Shown here: one piece after another, positions 9,982 through 18,856 of the stretch
How the letters are laid out: each line of letters starts with the position of its first letter
How positions within the stretch are numbered: position 1 is the first letter of the stretch
Source: an uncultured delta proteobacterium
GTDB lineage: Bacteria > Myxococcota_A > Polyangia > Polyangiales > Polyangiaceae
Assembly (NCBI GenBank): GCA_963716725.1
Contig: CAVQUB010000001.1
Coordinates: 32,001 to 96,000 of the forward strand
DNA length: 64,000 bases
Direction of reading: 5' to 3'
Translations under genes and position numbers: made by a program
The notes under the pieces: model-generated
What the model was told of the DNA's origin: nothing
Seen by the model: the letters and a program-made list of their open reading frames with translations, nothing else
The model's database searches: none

Positions 9982-10781
9982 CGGTGGCGCGCATCGACGG
10001 GTGCTTTGCCGCGTGCAAAGCGGCCGAGCGCCCGGCGCTGGTCATCTACCTCACCATTGGCGACCCCAGTGTCGAGGACTCGCTGGCGTGCGCGCTGGCC
10101 GCGCTCGCAGCGGGTGCCGACGTGCTCGAGCTCGGAGTGCCGTTCAGCGATCCCAGCGCCGATGGCCCAGTGATCGCCGCCGCGAGCCAGCGGGCGATCC
10201 GCGCCGGGGGCTCGCTGCGCGCTGCGCTCGAGACGGCGCGGCGCATTCGCGAGCAGAGCGCAGCACCGCTGGTGCTCTTCAGCTACCTGAACCCGCTGCT
10301 TGCTTTCGGCGAAGACCGATTGCCGCGGTCCCTCGAGGAGGCTGGCATCGACGCTGTGCTCGTGGTCGACCTGCCGCCGGAAGAAGGCGCGCCGCTTCGC
10401 GCGAGCCTGGAGAGCCGAGACATCGTGGTCATTCCGCTGATCGCGCCCACCACCGACGAGGAGCGTGAAGCGATGGTGCTGCGCGGAGCCCGGGGCTTCG
10501 CCTACTACGTGTCCGCGACCGGCGTCACTGGGCTCGGGGACGCGCCGCTGGCGGCGGCCGCGGCGCGAGCCCGGGCGCTGGCGGATCGCCGCGGGCTGCC
10601 GGTCGTGGTCGGATTTGGCGTCGACACACCCGACAAAGCCCGGCTCCTGGCCAGGGCCGGGGTGGACGGGGTCGTGGTGGGCAGCGCCGTCGTGAAGGCC
10701 ATCAGCGGCGCAGAAGACCGCGGGGCGAGGGTTCGTGTGGTCTCGGAGCTGATCGCCGATCTGCGGCGCGCGCTCGTGTAG
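9978..10781 (+). CDS. trpA: Tryptophan synthase alpha chain
   Basis: LELGVPFSDPSADGPVI, YYVSATGVTG, VGFGV, GVVVGSA; ATGA overlap with trpB. Confidence 0.95.
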   Translation: MTVARIDGCFAACKAAERPALVIYLTIGDPSVEDSLACALAALAAGADVLELGVPFSDPSADGPVIAAASQRAIRAGGSLRAALETARRIREQSAAPLVLFSYLNPLLAFGEDRLPRSLEEAGIDAVLVVDLPPEEGAPLRASLESRDIVVIPLIAPTTDEEREAMVLRGARGFAYYVSATGVTGLGDAPLAAAAARARALADRRGLPVVVGFGVDTPDKARLLARAGVDGVVVGSAVVKAISGAEDRGARVRVVSELIADLRRALV

Positions 10782-10840
10782 GGCGGGGTGCGCCTGAGGT
10801 CAGCTTTGCGTCAGGGCAGGCTCTGGGTTGAAATGGGTGC

Positions 10841-12388
10841 ATGAACCGAGTCGCCTGGGCGCTCGCTGGTCTGTCGCTCGGATGTGGGCTGGCCGTAGCG
10901 GCCTGCGCGGGCAGCACCGACGACGGGGGCGCGGTTTCGAGTGGCGGCACCGGCGGCGCGGCAGGAGACAGTGGCGGTGCGACGGGCGGCAGCGGCGGCT
11001 CCCAGGTGTTTCCGAGTTGTAACGACGGAGCCAAGGGCGACAACGAGACCGACGTCGACTGCGGCGGTGCGTGCCCGCCCTGCGCCGACAAGAAGACCTG
11101 CAAGGCTGTCGACGACTGCTTGTCCAAGATCTGCACCGACACGGTGTGCGGAGGCTGTTCGCCGACGTCGCCCTGCCCGAACGCCCTGGCCTGTGTCGCG
11201 GGGATCTGTCAGCCCTGCGCGAGCAACGCCGAGTGCGGGACAGGGCAAGCGTGCACGGCAGGCAAGTGTGGTGCGTGCGGAGGAGCCGGCGCCTGCGCGG
11301 CGGGGCAGGCCTGCGTGGCTGGCAAGTGCGGTCCGTGTCAGAACAGCGCCGACTGCGGCGGCGGTCAGGTGTGTGAGAGCGGCGCGTGCAAGCCCTGCGC
11401 GAGCGCCGGGCAATGTGCGCCTGGGCAGATCTGTCAGAGCGGCGCCTGCGGCGCTTGCGCGAAGACCGGTGACTGCCCCAAGGGGCAAGCCTGCGTCAGC
11501 GGTGCTTGCGGCAATTGCACGGGCAACTCCGACTGCGATCCGGGCCAGGCCTGCGTGGGCGGTGTCTGTGGACCCTGCACGGGCGCAGCGCAGTGCACGG
11601 CGGGCCAAGCCTGCGTCGGCGGCAAGTGCGGAGCGTGCGGCAGCACTGACGATTGTCCCAAAGGGCAGGCCTGCGTCGCCGGCGTGTGCGGTTCCTGCAC
11701 GCTCGCCAGCCAGTGCGGTGGCACCGACGCTTGTGTCAGCGGTGCCTGCACGCCTTGCACGGTGTCCTCGCAGTGCGGCAGCGGCAAGGTGTGTGACTTC
11801 GGACGCTGCCTGGCCGGCACGGAGGTGCAGATGTACCAATGTCCGCCTTCGCAGAGTCTCGGTGGCGGAGCTTGGGGCTTTTACGGGTGCCAGAACCACG
11901 TGGCCAGCACGCCGACTTGCACCATCATCGAGGCTCCGACCACCAAGACCCTCGACTGCACGCCCATCGGCAAGCTCGCGGTGGTGACGGCGAGCGCGGC
12001 GGCGGCGCCGGGCACCACTCAGGTCGCGATGTACCAGTGCCCGCCGGCCCAGAGTCTGGGCGGCGGCGCCTGGGGCTTCTACGGTTGCCAGGGCCAGCTC
12101 GCCAGCACGCCGACCTGCACGATCACCGAGTATCCGACGTCGCAGACCTTCAATTGCACTTCGGTGGGCAAGATCTCCCTCGGCAGCTCGGCGCCGACCG
12201 CGCCCCCGGGTGGCAAGGTTGTGCCCATGTACCAGTGCCCGCCGGCCCAGAGTCTGGGTGGCGGGGCCTGGGCCTACTACGGATGTCAGGCTCAGCTCGC
12301 CAGCACGCCGACCTGCAGCGTCATCGAGTACCCAGCCTCGCAGAGTTTCAACTGCACTGCGGCAGGCTCGATGGTTCTCGGGCCGTAG
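10841..12388 (+). CDS. Cys-rich repeat lipoprotein with three C-terminal 66-aa repeats
   Basis: Signal peptide/lipobox, Gly linker, CNDGAKGDNETDVDCGG myxobacterial Cys motif, then 20-aa repeats and a triple MYQCPP domain. Confidence 0.85.
   Translation: MNRVAWALAGLSLGCGLAVAACAGSTDDGGAVSSGGTGGAAGDSGGATGGSGGSQVFPSCNDGAKGDNETDVDCGGACPPCADKKTCKAVDDCLSKICTDTVCGGCSPTSPCPNALACVAGICQPCASNAECGTGQACTAGKCGACGGAGACAAGQACVAGKCGPCQNSADCGGGQVCESGACKPCASAGQCAPGQICQSGACGACAKTGDCPKGQACVSGACGNCTGNSDCDPGQACVGGVCGPCTGAAQCTAGQACVGGKCGACGSTDDCPKGQACVAGVCGSCTLASQCGGTDACVSGACTPCTVSSQCGSGKVCDFGRCLAGTEVQMYQCPPSQSLGGGAWGFYGCQNHVASTPTCTIIEAPTTKTLDCTPIGKLAVVTASAAAAPGTTQVAMYQCPPAQSLGGGAWGFYGCQGQLASTPTCTITEYPTSQTFNCTSVGKISLGSSAPTAPPGGKVVPMYQCPPAQSLGGGAWAYYGCQAQLASTPTCSVIEYPASQSFNCTAAGSMVLGP
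11156..11815 (+). repeat. 11 x 60-bp coding repeat (20 aa, 4 Cys: Cx5Cx5Cx4C)
   Basis: Units such as CAKTGDCPKGQACVSGACGN and CTGAAQCTAGQACVGGKCGA, counted by hand. Confidence 0.85.
11831..12385 (+). repeat. 3 x 198-bp coding repeat (MYQCPPxQSLGGGAW...)
   Basis: ATGTACCA starts at 11831, 12029 and 12227, an exact 198-bp period. Confidence 0.9.
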
Positions 12389-12447
12389 CCCAGAGCCAGT
12401 GCTGCGCGGAGGTTCCATCGGCTCGACAAACGCCGTAGCTTTCCCCC

Positions 12448-13590
12448 ATGGACCTCCGTCAAGCGGACCTCGAATCGAAGCTCGCGTCGCTCCTGAAGCG
12501 AGTCGCTGGCGCGAAATCCCCCAAGTCGATCTTCGACGCCGCGGAGGCGCTGGCGCTGGCCCTCGAGTTCCGCGACACGGACGCGATGATCGGGCTGCCA
12601 GCGGTGCCTGAGGCGCTGATCGACCGAGCTCGCGTGGCGGTGATTCGGGCGCGCGAGCTGGCGGTGGAGGCAGGCGTGAGTGACGCCTGCCTGCAAGCAG
12701 CCGAATCGATTTGGCTCGCGCAAGACCGCAGAAATGCCAAGCGCGCCGCGGAGCTGGCCCGGCGGACCGAGAGCGAACCGCGCGCCCAGTACTTGCTCGG
12801 GCTGTTTGCCTTCAATGGATTCGGTCAGAAGAAGGATTTGAAGCAGAGCCTCACTCGACAGCGCCAGGCCGCCGACGGCGGACACGCTGACGCCATGTTT
12901 GAAGTCTACGCGATGACGTCGCAGGGCCTGGGTTGCAAGGCGGATCCGACTGGCGCGGCCCAGTGGTGCGAGCGGGCGGCGAAGGCCGGCAACGTGCGCG
13001 CCATGTCGAACTTGGGAGGCTTCTACGCAACCGGGGGAGGGGGGCTTCGACACGACGCCGACCTGTCCATCTACTGGTACGACCGCGCGGCGCAGGCCGG
13101 GCACGGTCGCGCCGCGGCCACCCTCGGCGTGATGTACGCGCTCGGCTCCGGGGCCCCTCGGTCCGTGGCTGATGCCACCCGGTACTTCGCCATGGCTGAA
13201 GAAATGGGCTTCGATTGGAGGGGCTTTGCCGAGAGCGCTGGGGTCGACCTCGCCGAACTCTTGAGGGTGACGCTCGCGCCGCCCCCGAAGCAGGCGGGCG
13301 GGACGGGCAAGCTGCCGCCGATACCCCAGCTGCCGCCGCCGCCACGCACGCCGCGCTTCGACGCTGACGAGCCGGCGGCGACGCAACGGGCCCCAGCGAA
13401 GAAGGCTGTGCCGAAGAAGAAGGCCGCGCCGAAGAAGAAGGCCGCGCCGAAGAAGAAGGCCGCGCCGAAGAAGAAGGCCGTGCCGAAGAAGAAGGCTGCG
13501 CCGAAGAAGAAGGCTGCGCCGAAGAAGAAGGCCGCGCCGAAGAAGAAGGCCGCGCCCAAGAAGAAGGCCGCGCCCAAGAAGCTGCGCTGA
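12448..13590 (+). CDS. Sel1-like repeat protein with histone H1-like Lys-rich tail
   Basis: Sel1 motifs (AMSNLGGFYATG...WYDRAAQAGH; AATLGVMYALGSG) and C-terminal PKKKAA repeats. Confidence 0.88.
   Translation: MDLRQADLESKLASLLKRVAGAKSPKSIFDAAEALALALEFRDTDAMIGLPAVPEALIDRARVAVIRARELAVEAGVSDACLQAAESIWLAQDRRNAKRAAELARRTESEPRAQYLLGLFAFNGFGQKKDLKQSLTRQRQAADGGHADAMFEVYAMTSQGLGCKADPTGAAQWCERAAKAGNVRAMSNLGGFYATGGGGLRHDADLSIYWYDRAAQAGHGRAAATLGVMYALGSGAPRSVADATRYFAMAEEMGFDWRGFAESAGVDLAELLRVTLAPPPKQAGGTGKLPPIPQLPPPPRTPRFDADEPAATQRAPAKKAVPKKKAAPKKKAAPKKKAAPKKKAVPKKKAAPKKKAAPKKKAAPKKKAAPKKKAAPKKLR
13393..13581 (+). repeat. 18-bp tandem repeat encoding PKKKA(A/V): 9 full copies plus flanking variants
   Basis: ccgaagaagaaggccgcg repeated. 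Confidence 0.92.
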
Positions 13591-13595
13591 GCGCC

Positions 13596-13633
13596 AAAGA
13601 GAAACGGGGCCGACCGAAGTCGACCCCGCTTTC
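13596..13633 (-). terminator. Rho-independent terminator downstream of hppA (possibly bidirectional)
   Basis: Minus strand GAAAGCGGGGTCGAC-TTCG-GTCGGCCCCGTTTCTCTTT: GC stem, cUUCGg loop and U-rich tail, between convergent genes. Confidence 0.8.
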
Positions 13634-13651
13634 AACCGGACGCCGGTTTCG

Positions 13652-16144
13652 TCACTCGGCGGGTTCGGGTTCCGGCTTCTTGGTCGGTGTCGGCTCTTCG
13701 CCCGAGTGGATGCGCATGCCGTAGAAGCTGCGGTAGATGAAGAACACCATGATGGAGAAGAACACCACGGCGAGCACCGCGCTGGTCTGACGGCTGAACT
13801 GCAGCGCCATCTCGACGGCCAAGAGGCCGAAGAGCGTGGTGAACTTGATGATGGGGTTCATCGCGACGCTGGAGGTGTCCTTGAAGGGATCGCCCACGGT
13901 GTCGCCCACCACGCAGGCGTCGTGCAGGGCCGTGCCCTTCTCCTTCAGGTCGACCTCGACCACCTTCTTGGCGTTGTCCCAAGCGCCGCCGGCATTGGCC
14001 AGGAAGAGCGCCTGGTGCAGGCCGAAGAGGGCGATGCTGATCAGGTAGCCGATGAAGAAGAACGGCTCGACGCAGGCGTAGGCCAAGGTCGCGAAGAACA
14101 CGACCAAGAAGATGTTGAACATGCCCTTCTGCGCGTAGGTCGTGCAGATCTCGACGACCTTCTTGCTGTCGGCGATGCTCGCCTTGACCACGCCGTCGAG
14201 CTTGATGTTCGCCTTGATGAACTCGACGGCTCGGTAGGCGCCGGTGCTCACGGCCTGGGTCGAGGCGCCGGTGAACCAATAGATGATGCCGCCGCCGGCG
14301 ATCAGGCCGAGCAGGAAGGGGGGATGCAGGATCGAGAGCTTCTCGACGTTCTCTTTCAACCCGTTGGTGAGCATCACGACGATCGAGAAGATCATGGTCG
14401 TGGCTCCGACGACCGCGGTCCCGATCAGCACCGGCTTGGCCGTAGCCTTGAAGGTGTTGCCAGCGCCGTCGTTCTCCTCGAGCAGGTGCTTGGCCCTCTC
14501 GAAGTTGACCTTGAACTTGAAGTCCCTCTGCAGCTCGTCCTCGATGCCTTCGATGCTCTCGATGGTCGAGAGTTCGTAGACGCTCTGCGCGTTGTCCGTG
14601 ACCGGCCCGTAGCTGTCGACGGCGATGGTCACCGGGCCCATGCCGAGGAAGCCAAAGGCCACCAGGCCGAAGGCGAACACGGCGGGAGCCATCATGATGG
14701 TCTCGAGCCCGAGCGAAGACACGTAGTAGCTCGCTCCCATCAGCACCATCAGCACGATGCCCATCCAGAAGGCGCTGAAGTTGCCGGCGGTCAGGCCCGA
14801 GAGGATGTTGAGCGACGCGCCGCCCTCGCGGCTGGCCGTCACCACCTCGTCGACGTGGCGGCTCGAGGTGCTCGTGAAGACCTTGATCAGCTCGGGGATG
14901 ATCGCGCCGGCCAGGGTGCCGCAGCTGATGATGATGCTGAGCTTCCACCACAGCGTGGGGTCGCCACCCAGGGTCGGGATCAAGAGGTACGAGACCAAGA
15001 AGGTCAGGGCGACGCTGACGATGGAGGTCAGCCACACCAGCACGGTGAGCGGGTGCTCGAAGTTGAACTTGTCTTTCGGGCCCAGCGTCGCCTTCTGATA
15101 GGCCTCGTTGACCAGGTAGGAGGCGCCGCTGGCGACCACCATCATCACGCGCATCGCGAAGATCCAGACCAAGAGCTGGACCTGAAGCAGTTCCTGCGGC
15201 ACCGCCAAGATGATGAAGGTGATGAGCGCGACGCCCGTCACTCCGTAGGTCTCGAAGCCGTCTGCCGAAGGACCCACCGAGTCGCCGGCGTTGTCGCCGG
15301 TACAATCGGCGATGACGCCCGGGTTACGCGCGTCGTCTTCCTTGATCTTGAACACGATCTTCATCAAGTCGGAGCCAATGTCCGCGATCTTGGTGAAGAT
15401 GCCGCCCGCAATGCGCAGGGCAGACGCACCGAGGGACTCGCCGATGGCGAAGCCGATGAAGCAGGGGCCCGCGTACTCGCGGGGAATGAACAGAAGAATC
15501 GCGAGCATGATCATGAGCTCGACGCTGATCAGCGCCATGCCGATGCTCATGCCTGCCTTGAGGGGGATGGCGTAGAGCGGGAAGGGCTTGCCACTGAGGC
15601 TCGCGAAGGCCGTTCGGCTGTTGGCGTAGGTGTTGATCCGGATCCCGTACCAGGCCACTCCGTAGCTGCCGGCGATGCCGACCAGGCTGAAGAACAGGAT
15701 GATCGCCACGCGCTCGACCGGGTACTGCTGCAGCACGCCGAAGTAGACGACGATGATCGCGCCGATGAAGATCTCGAGGATCAGGATGAACTTGCCCTGA
15801 GTGATCAGGTAGGTCTTGCAGGTCTCCCAGATCAGGTCGCTGATCTCGGCCATCGACTTGTGGACCGGCAGCTTCTCCACCTGCTTCAAGGTGATGAAGG
15901 CAAAAATCAAACCGAGGGCGCAAATCCCGAGGCCGCCGAAGAGCAAATGCTTGCCGCTCATGCCGAGCATTTGGACCTTGTCGAGATCGGGCAGCACCAG
16001 GTTGGCTTCGCCGCCGCCTTTGTGACCCGTGCCCTCGCTAGCCAGGGCCAGGCCGTTGACGAGAAGGGTCGCCAGCAACGTCGTGATTGTGGTGAGTGCA
16101 AGTGTGGCTTGGCGCACTGCGCCACGCGCGGACCAATTAGACAT
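13652..16144 (-). CDS. hppA: Membrane-bound ion-translocating pyrophosphatase, K+-independent signature
   Basis: GGIFTKIADIGSDL, EDDARNPGVIADCTGDNAGDSVG, YGPVTDNA, GNTFKA, GGAWDNAKK, GDTVGDPFKDTS. GGAGG lies 9 nt before ATG 16144. Confidence 0.95.
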   Translation of the reverse strand: MSNWSARGAVRQATLALTTITTLLATLLVNGLALASEGTGHKGGGEANLVLPDLDKVQMLGMSGKHLLFGGLGICALGLIFAFITLKQVEKLPVHKSMAEISDLIWETCKTYLITQGKFILILEIFIGAIIVVYFGVLQQYPVERVAIILFFSLVGIAGSYGVAWYGIRINTYANSRTAFASLSGKPFPLYAIPLKAGMSIGMALISVELMIMLAILLFIPREYAGPCFIGFAIGESLGASALRIAGGIFTKIADIGSDLMKIVFKIKEDDARNPGVIADCTGDNAGDSVGPSADGFETYGVTGVALITFIILAVPQELLQVQLLVWIFAMRVMMVVASGASYLVNEAYQKATLGPKDKFNFEHPLTVLVWLTSIVSVALTFLVSYLLIPTLGGDPTLWWKLSIIISCGTLAGAIIPELIKVFTSTSSRHVDEVVTASREGGASLNILSGLTAGNFSAFWMGIVLMVLMGASYYVSSLGLETIMMAPAVFAFGLVAFGFLGMGPVTIAVDSYGPVTDNAQSVYELSTIESIEGIEDELQRDFKFKVNFERAKHLLEENDGAGNTFKATAKPVLIGTAVVGATTMIFSIVVMLTNGLKENVEKLSILHPPFLLGLIAGGGIIYWFTGASTQAVSTGAYRAVEFIKANIKLDGVVKASIADSKKVVEICTTYAQKGMFNIFLVVFFATLAYACVEPFFFIGYLISIALFGLHQALFLANAGGAWDNAKKVVEVDLKEKGTALHDACVVGDTVGDPFKDTSSVAMNPIIKFTTLFGLLAVEMALQFSRQTSAVLAVVFFSIMVFFIYRSFYGMRIHSGEEPTPTKKPEPEPAE

Positions 16145-16439
16145 CTCGTTCATCCTCCGCTTTCGCGGAGGCGAGCTTCCACACCCGGGCGACGGATCGA
16201 GCACCAGTTTGGGCAGCTCGGGTCGTCGTTCGAAGCGCTTGGCCTCGCCTCGCCCCCCCTACAGCAGGGGGAGAAACTGGGCGCGCTTTAGCAGAGTCGA
16301 GTCCGGTCGCCAATGGCGGTGACTCGTCACAGGCCCCGGGGTCGAGAGCGCAGGCCCGCAGGTCCGCGAATTCGTTCCGAGATGCGCTGCCGGGGGGCCC
16401 GGATCCCGGCTGCTCGGCCGCCATGGACCCGCCCCTGCC

Positions 16440-17381
16440 TCAGCGCGTGACGGCCAGCGCCAGTAGGAAGACGGAATACACGATGACCAGGCCCGCGCCC
16501 TCGTAGCGTCGGATGCGCCGCTCCGTGTGCATGGCGATCACCGTGAGGACGGTGAGCACACCCATGAAGATCAGGTCGAGTCGCACGCCGCGGAGGGAGC
16601 CCTCCACCGGATGAGCGAGCGCTGTGACGCCCAGGATCAGAAGCACATTGAAGATATTTGAGCCGAGCACGTTGCCGACCGCGAGCTCCGAGTGCCCGCG
16701 GAGCGCCGCGACGAGCGAGGCCGCGAGCTCGGGCAGACTCGTACCGATCGCGACCACGGTGAGTCCCACCACGCGTTCGCTCATTCCCACTCGCAGGGCG
16801 ATCCCCACCGCCCCATCGACAAAGAGCTTGCCGCCTCCGAGCAGCACCGCCAACCCGACCACGACAAAGCCCATCAGCACCAACCTGCCCTGCTGCGGTG
16901 GCGGCGCTGATTCGCTGTGCCTCGGCGCGTCCTTGGGCGTCACCGCCCGGAGCGCGATGCGCGTGAACCAAGCGGCCCCGAGCAAGAGCAGCGCACCGTC
17001 GAGCCGCCCGATGACCCCGTCCCGGAGCAGCAGTGGCAGCGCCGCCGCCGAGAGCATCACCGCGGGTAGTTCACGCCTCATCAATCCGCCCTGGACGTTC
17101 GGCGGAGAAATGATCGCGGTGATGCCCAGGATCAGGCCCATGTTGGCAATGTTCGAGCCGACCACGTTGCCGAGGGCCAGCGCGCTCTTGCCCTCGAAGG
17201 CCGCGACCAGACTCACCATCAGCTCGGGCATGCTGGTCCCGTAGGCCACGACCGTGAGGCCGACCGCGAGCGGCGAGACGCCCATCGCTCGGGCCAGGCC
17301 CGAGGCCCCCTTCACGAGCCACTCGGCCCCGAAGTACAGGCCGGCCCCGCCGAGGGCCAGAAAGAGCAGGTGCAGCGTCAC
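16440..17381 (-). CDS. Ca2+/Na+ (cation:Ca2+) antiporter, YrbG-like
   Basis: Two alpha repeats: GTSMPE...GNVVGSNI and GTSLPE...GNVLGSNI. Confidence 0.93.
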   Translation of the reverse strand: MTLHLLFLALGGAGLYFGAEWLVKGASGLARAMGVSPLAVGLTVVAYGTSMPELMVSLVAAFEGKSALALGNVVGSNIANMGLILGITAIISPPNVQGGLMRRELPAVMLSAAALPLLLRDGVIGRLDGALLLLGAAWFTRIALRAVTPKDAPRHSESAPPPQQGRLVLMGFVVVGLAVLLGGGKLFVDGAVGIALRVGMSERVVGLTVVAIGTSLPELAASLVAALRGHSELAVGNVLGSNIFNVLLILGVTALAHPVEGSLRGVRLDLIFMGVLTVLTVIAMHTERRIRRYEGAGLVIVYSVFLLALAVTR

Positions 17382-17479
17382 CGGGCCATCAAAACTCGCG
17401 CCGCGAGTCCTGCGCAAGCGATACCGGCTCACCTGGGCCGGAGCTGAGATAGCTATACTTCCTGCTGCTGAGGGCAGGG

Positions 17480-18856
17480 ATGACGACCAGACTGAAGTGT
17501 GGAGTTGTCGGCGCCCTGCTCGTCTTCGGGTGTGCGCGGTGGCCGAGCGCTCCGGTCGGTGTCGGCGCCAATGTGCCCAAGGCCCAGGGGCCGGCGGCGG
17601 AGGTCCCGGCTGCGCCTGCCGAGCAAACCTGCTTCGAGCCCGCTGCCAAGGGTGAACGGTCCGGCGTCGGCGGCGTCGTGCATTGCGAAGTGGCGGCGTC
17701 CCGCAGCTACTGCGTCGCCGAGAGCGCGCTTCGAAAGCCCGTGATCGTGCAACTCGGTGCGACCGGAGCCCTGGTCGAGACGTCGATTCCAGCGCGCACG
17801 GAGCACGTCGCCCAAGAGAGCGCGTCGAGCCTGCGTTTCTTGACGGACGGCAAGCCGCCGCGCTGGTTCACCGTCGACCTCTCGAATCCCGATCTGCCAG
17901 AAGTCAGCGCTGCGGTGGAGGTTCCGGGGCTCGAGCATGCGGGTGCGCTCAAGGCGTTTGCGTCCGACGGCGCTCGTGCCTTGGTTGGTCGGTACCTCAT
18001 CGACTACGCCACGAAGCCCACGAGGTACTACGGAGAGACGGCGCTCTACTCCGTCCACGACGGCAAGCGCACCGGCGCGGTAGTTCCCCTCACTGCGTGG
18101 AGCGGGGTGTGTCGCCGCGGGACCTGCCTGGCCGTAGCCAGTGGGGAAGGCGTGGCGGCGCCCTTCGAGGTCTTGAAGATCGACGACGCGGGCTCCGAAC
18201 GCCTCGGGCAGCTAGACCGCAACTGCGGCGGATTTGCGCAATGGGTGGACGGCGAGCGGTGGATCATCGCGAGGCCGTTGAAGGCCGGTATCGAGCTCGT
18301 TGCCGTCGATTTCGGGTCGCCTCGGCTCGTCAGGAAGCGCGTCTCCCTCACCGCCGAGTGCCCGGAGATCCGTCACGCGGTCTTCGCCGGGCGATCGGGG
18401 GTCGTGTTGCGCACTGCCGACCGCGGGAGCGTCTTCGTGCCCGTGTCGAGCCAGCTCGCTGCAGGCGCGCCTGAAGCGCTGCCGCGCAGCGACAGCAGCG
18501 AGCGATCGTTCGCTCCCCTCGTGCATGGCGCCCTGATGGTCGAGCAGACCATCGGCGGCGGAATGCGGCACTCGCCCACCGACAGCCGGGGGATCCGCCG
18601 CTACTACCGGACCTGGAGCTTCGATGGTCGAGCTGAGCTGCTGCGAGCAGGCGCCGGCGCCCGGAGCTGGAAGAGCGCCGGATCCATCGGCCTGCCCCAC
18701 AGCGGTGAAGACGGAGAGTTCAGCTACGGATTTCGCGCACACCCGCTGGTGCGGCCCGGCTTCGCCGCGGTATTCGTGGACGATCGACCTGGCGGCGAGA
18801 GCGAAGTCTTGGTGGTGGGGCGTCCCTGCCGTCGATCAGTCCAGAGCGACCGATAG
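17480..18856 (+). CDS. Hypothetical lipoprotein
   Basis: Signal peptide with VFGC lipobox; long ORF filling the gap between known genes. Confidence 0.7.
   Translation: MTTRLKCGVVGALLVFGCARWPSAPVGVGANVPKAQGPAAEVPAAPAEQTCFEPAAKGERSGVGGVVHCEVAASRSYCVAESALRKPVIVQLGATGALVETSIPARTEHVAQESASSLRFLTDGKPPRWFTVDLSNPDLPEVSAAVEVPGLEHAGALKAFASDGARALVGRYLIDYATKPTRYYGETALYSVHDGKRTGAVVPLTAWSGVCRRGTCLAVASGEGVAAPFEVLKIDDAGSERLGQLDRNCGGFAQWVDGERWIIARPLKAGIELVAVDFGSPRLVRKRVSLTAECPEIRHAVFAGRSGVVLRTADRGSVFVPVSSQLAAGAPEALPRSDSSERSFAPLVHGALMVEQTIGGGMRHSPTDSRGIRRYYRTWSFDGRAELLRAGAGARSWKSAGSIGLPHSGEDGEFSYGFRAHPLVRPGFAAVFVDDRPGGESEVLVVGRPCRRSVQSDR

Noticed and set aside
10841..13590. Regular repeats as a possible CRISPR array
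   Set aside because: Periods are multiples of 3 inside ORFs with synonymous variation; no unique spacers and no cas genes.
13706..16291. 861-aa ORF antisense to hppA (also 43517-45478, 59309-61492, 10811-12418, 61526-63364 and similar)
   Set aside because: Shadow ORFs expected at high GC; they overlap well-supported genes and carry no motifs.
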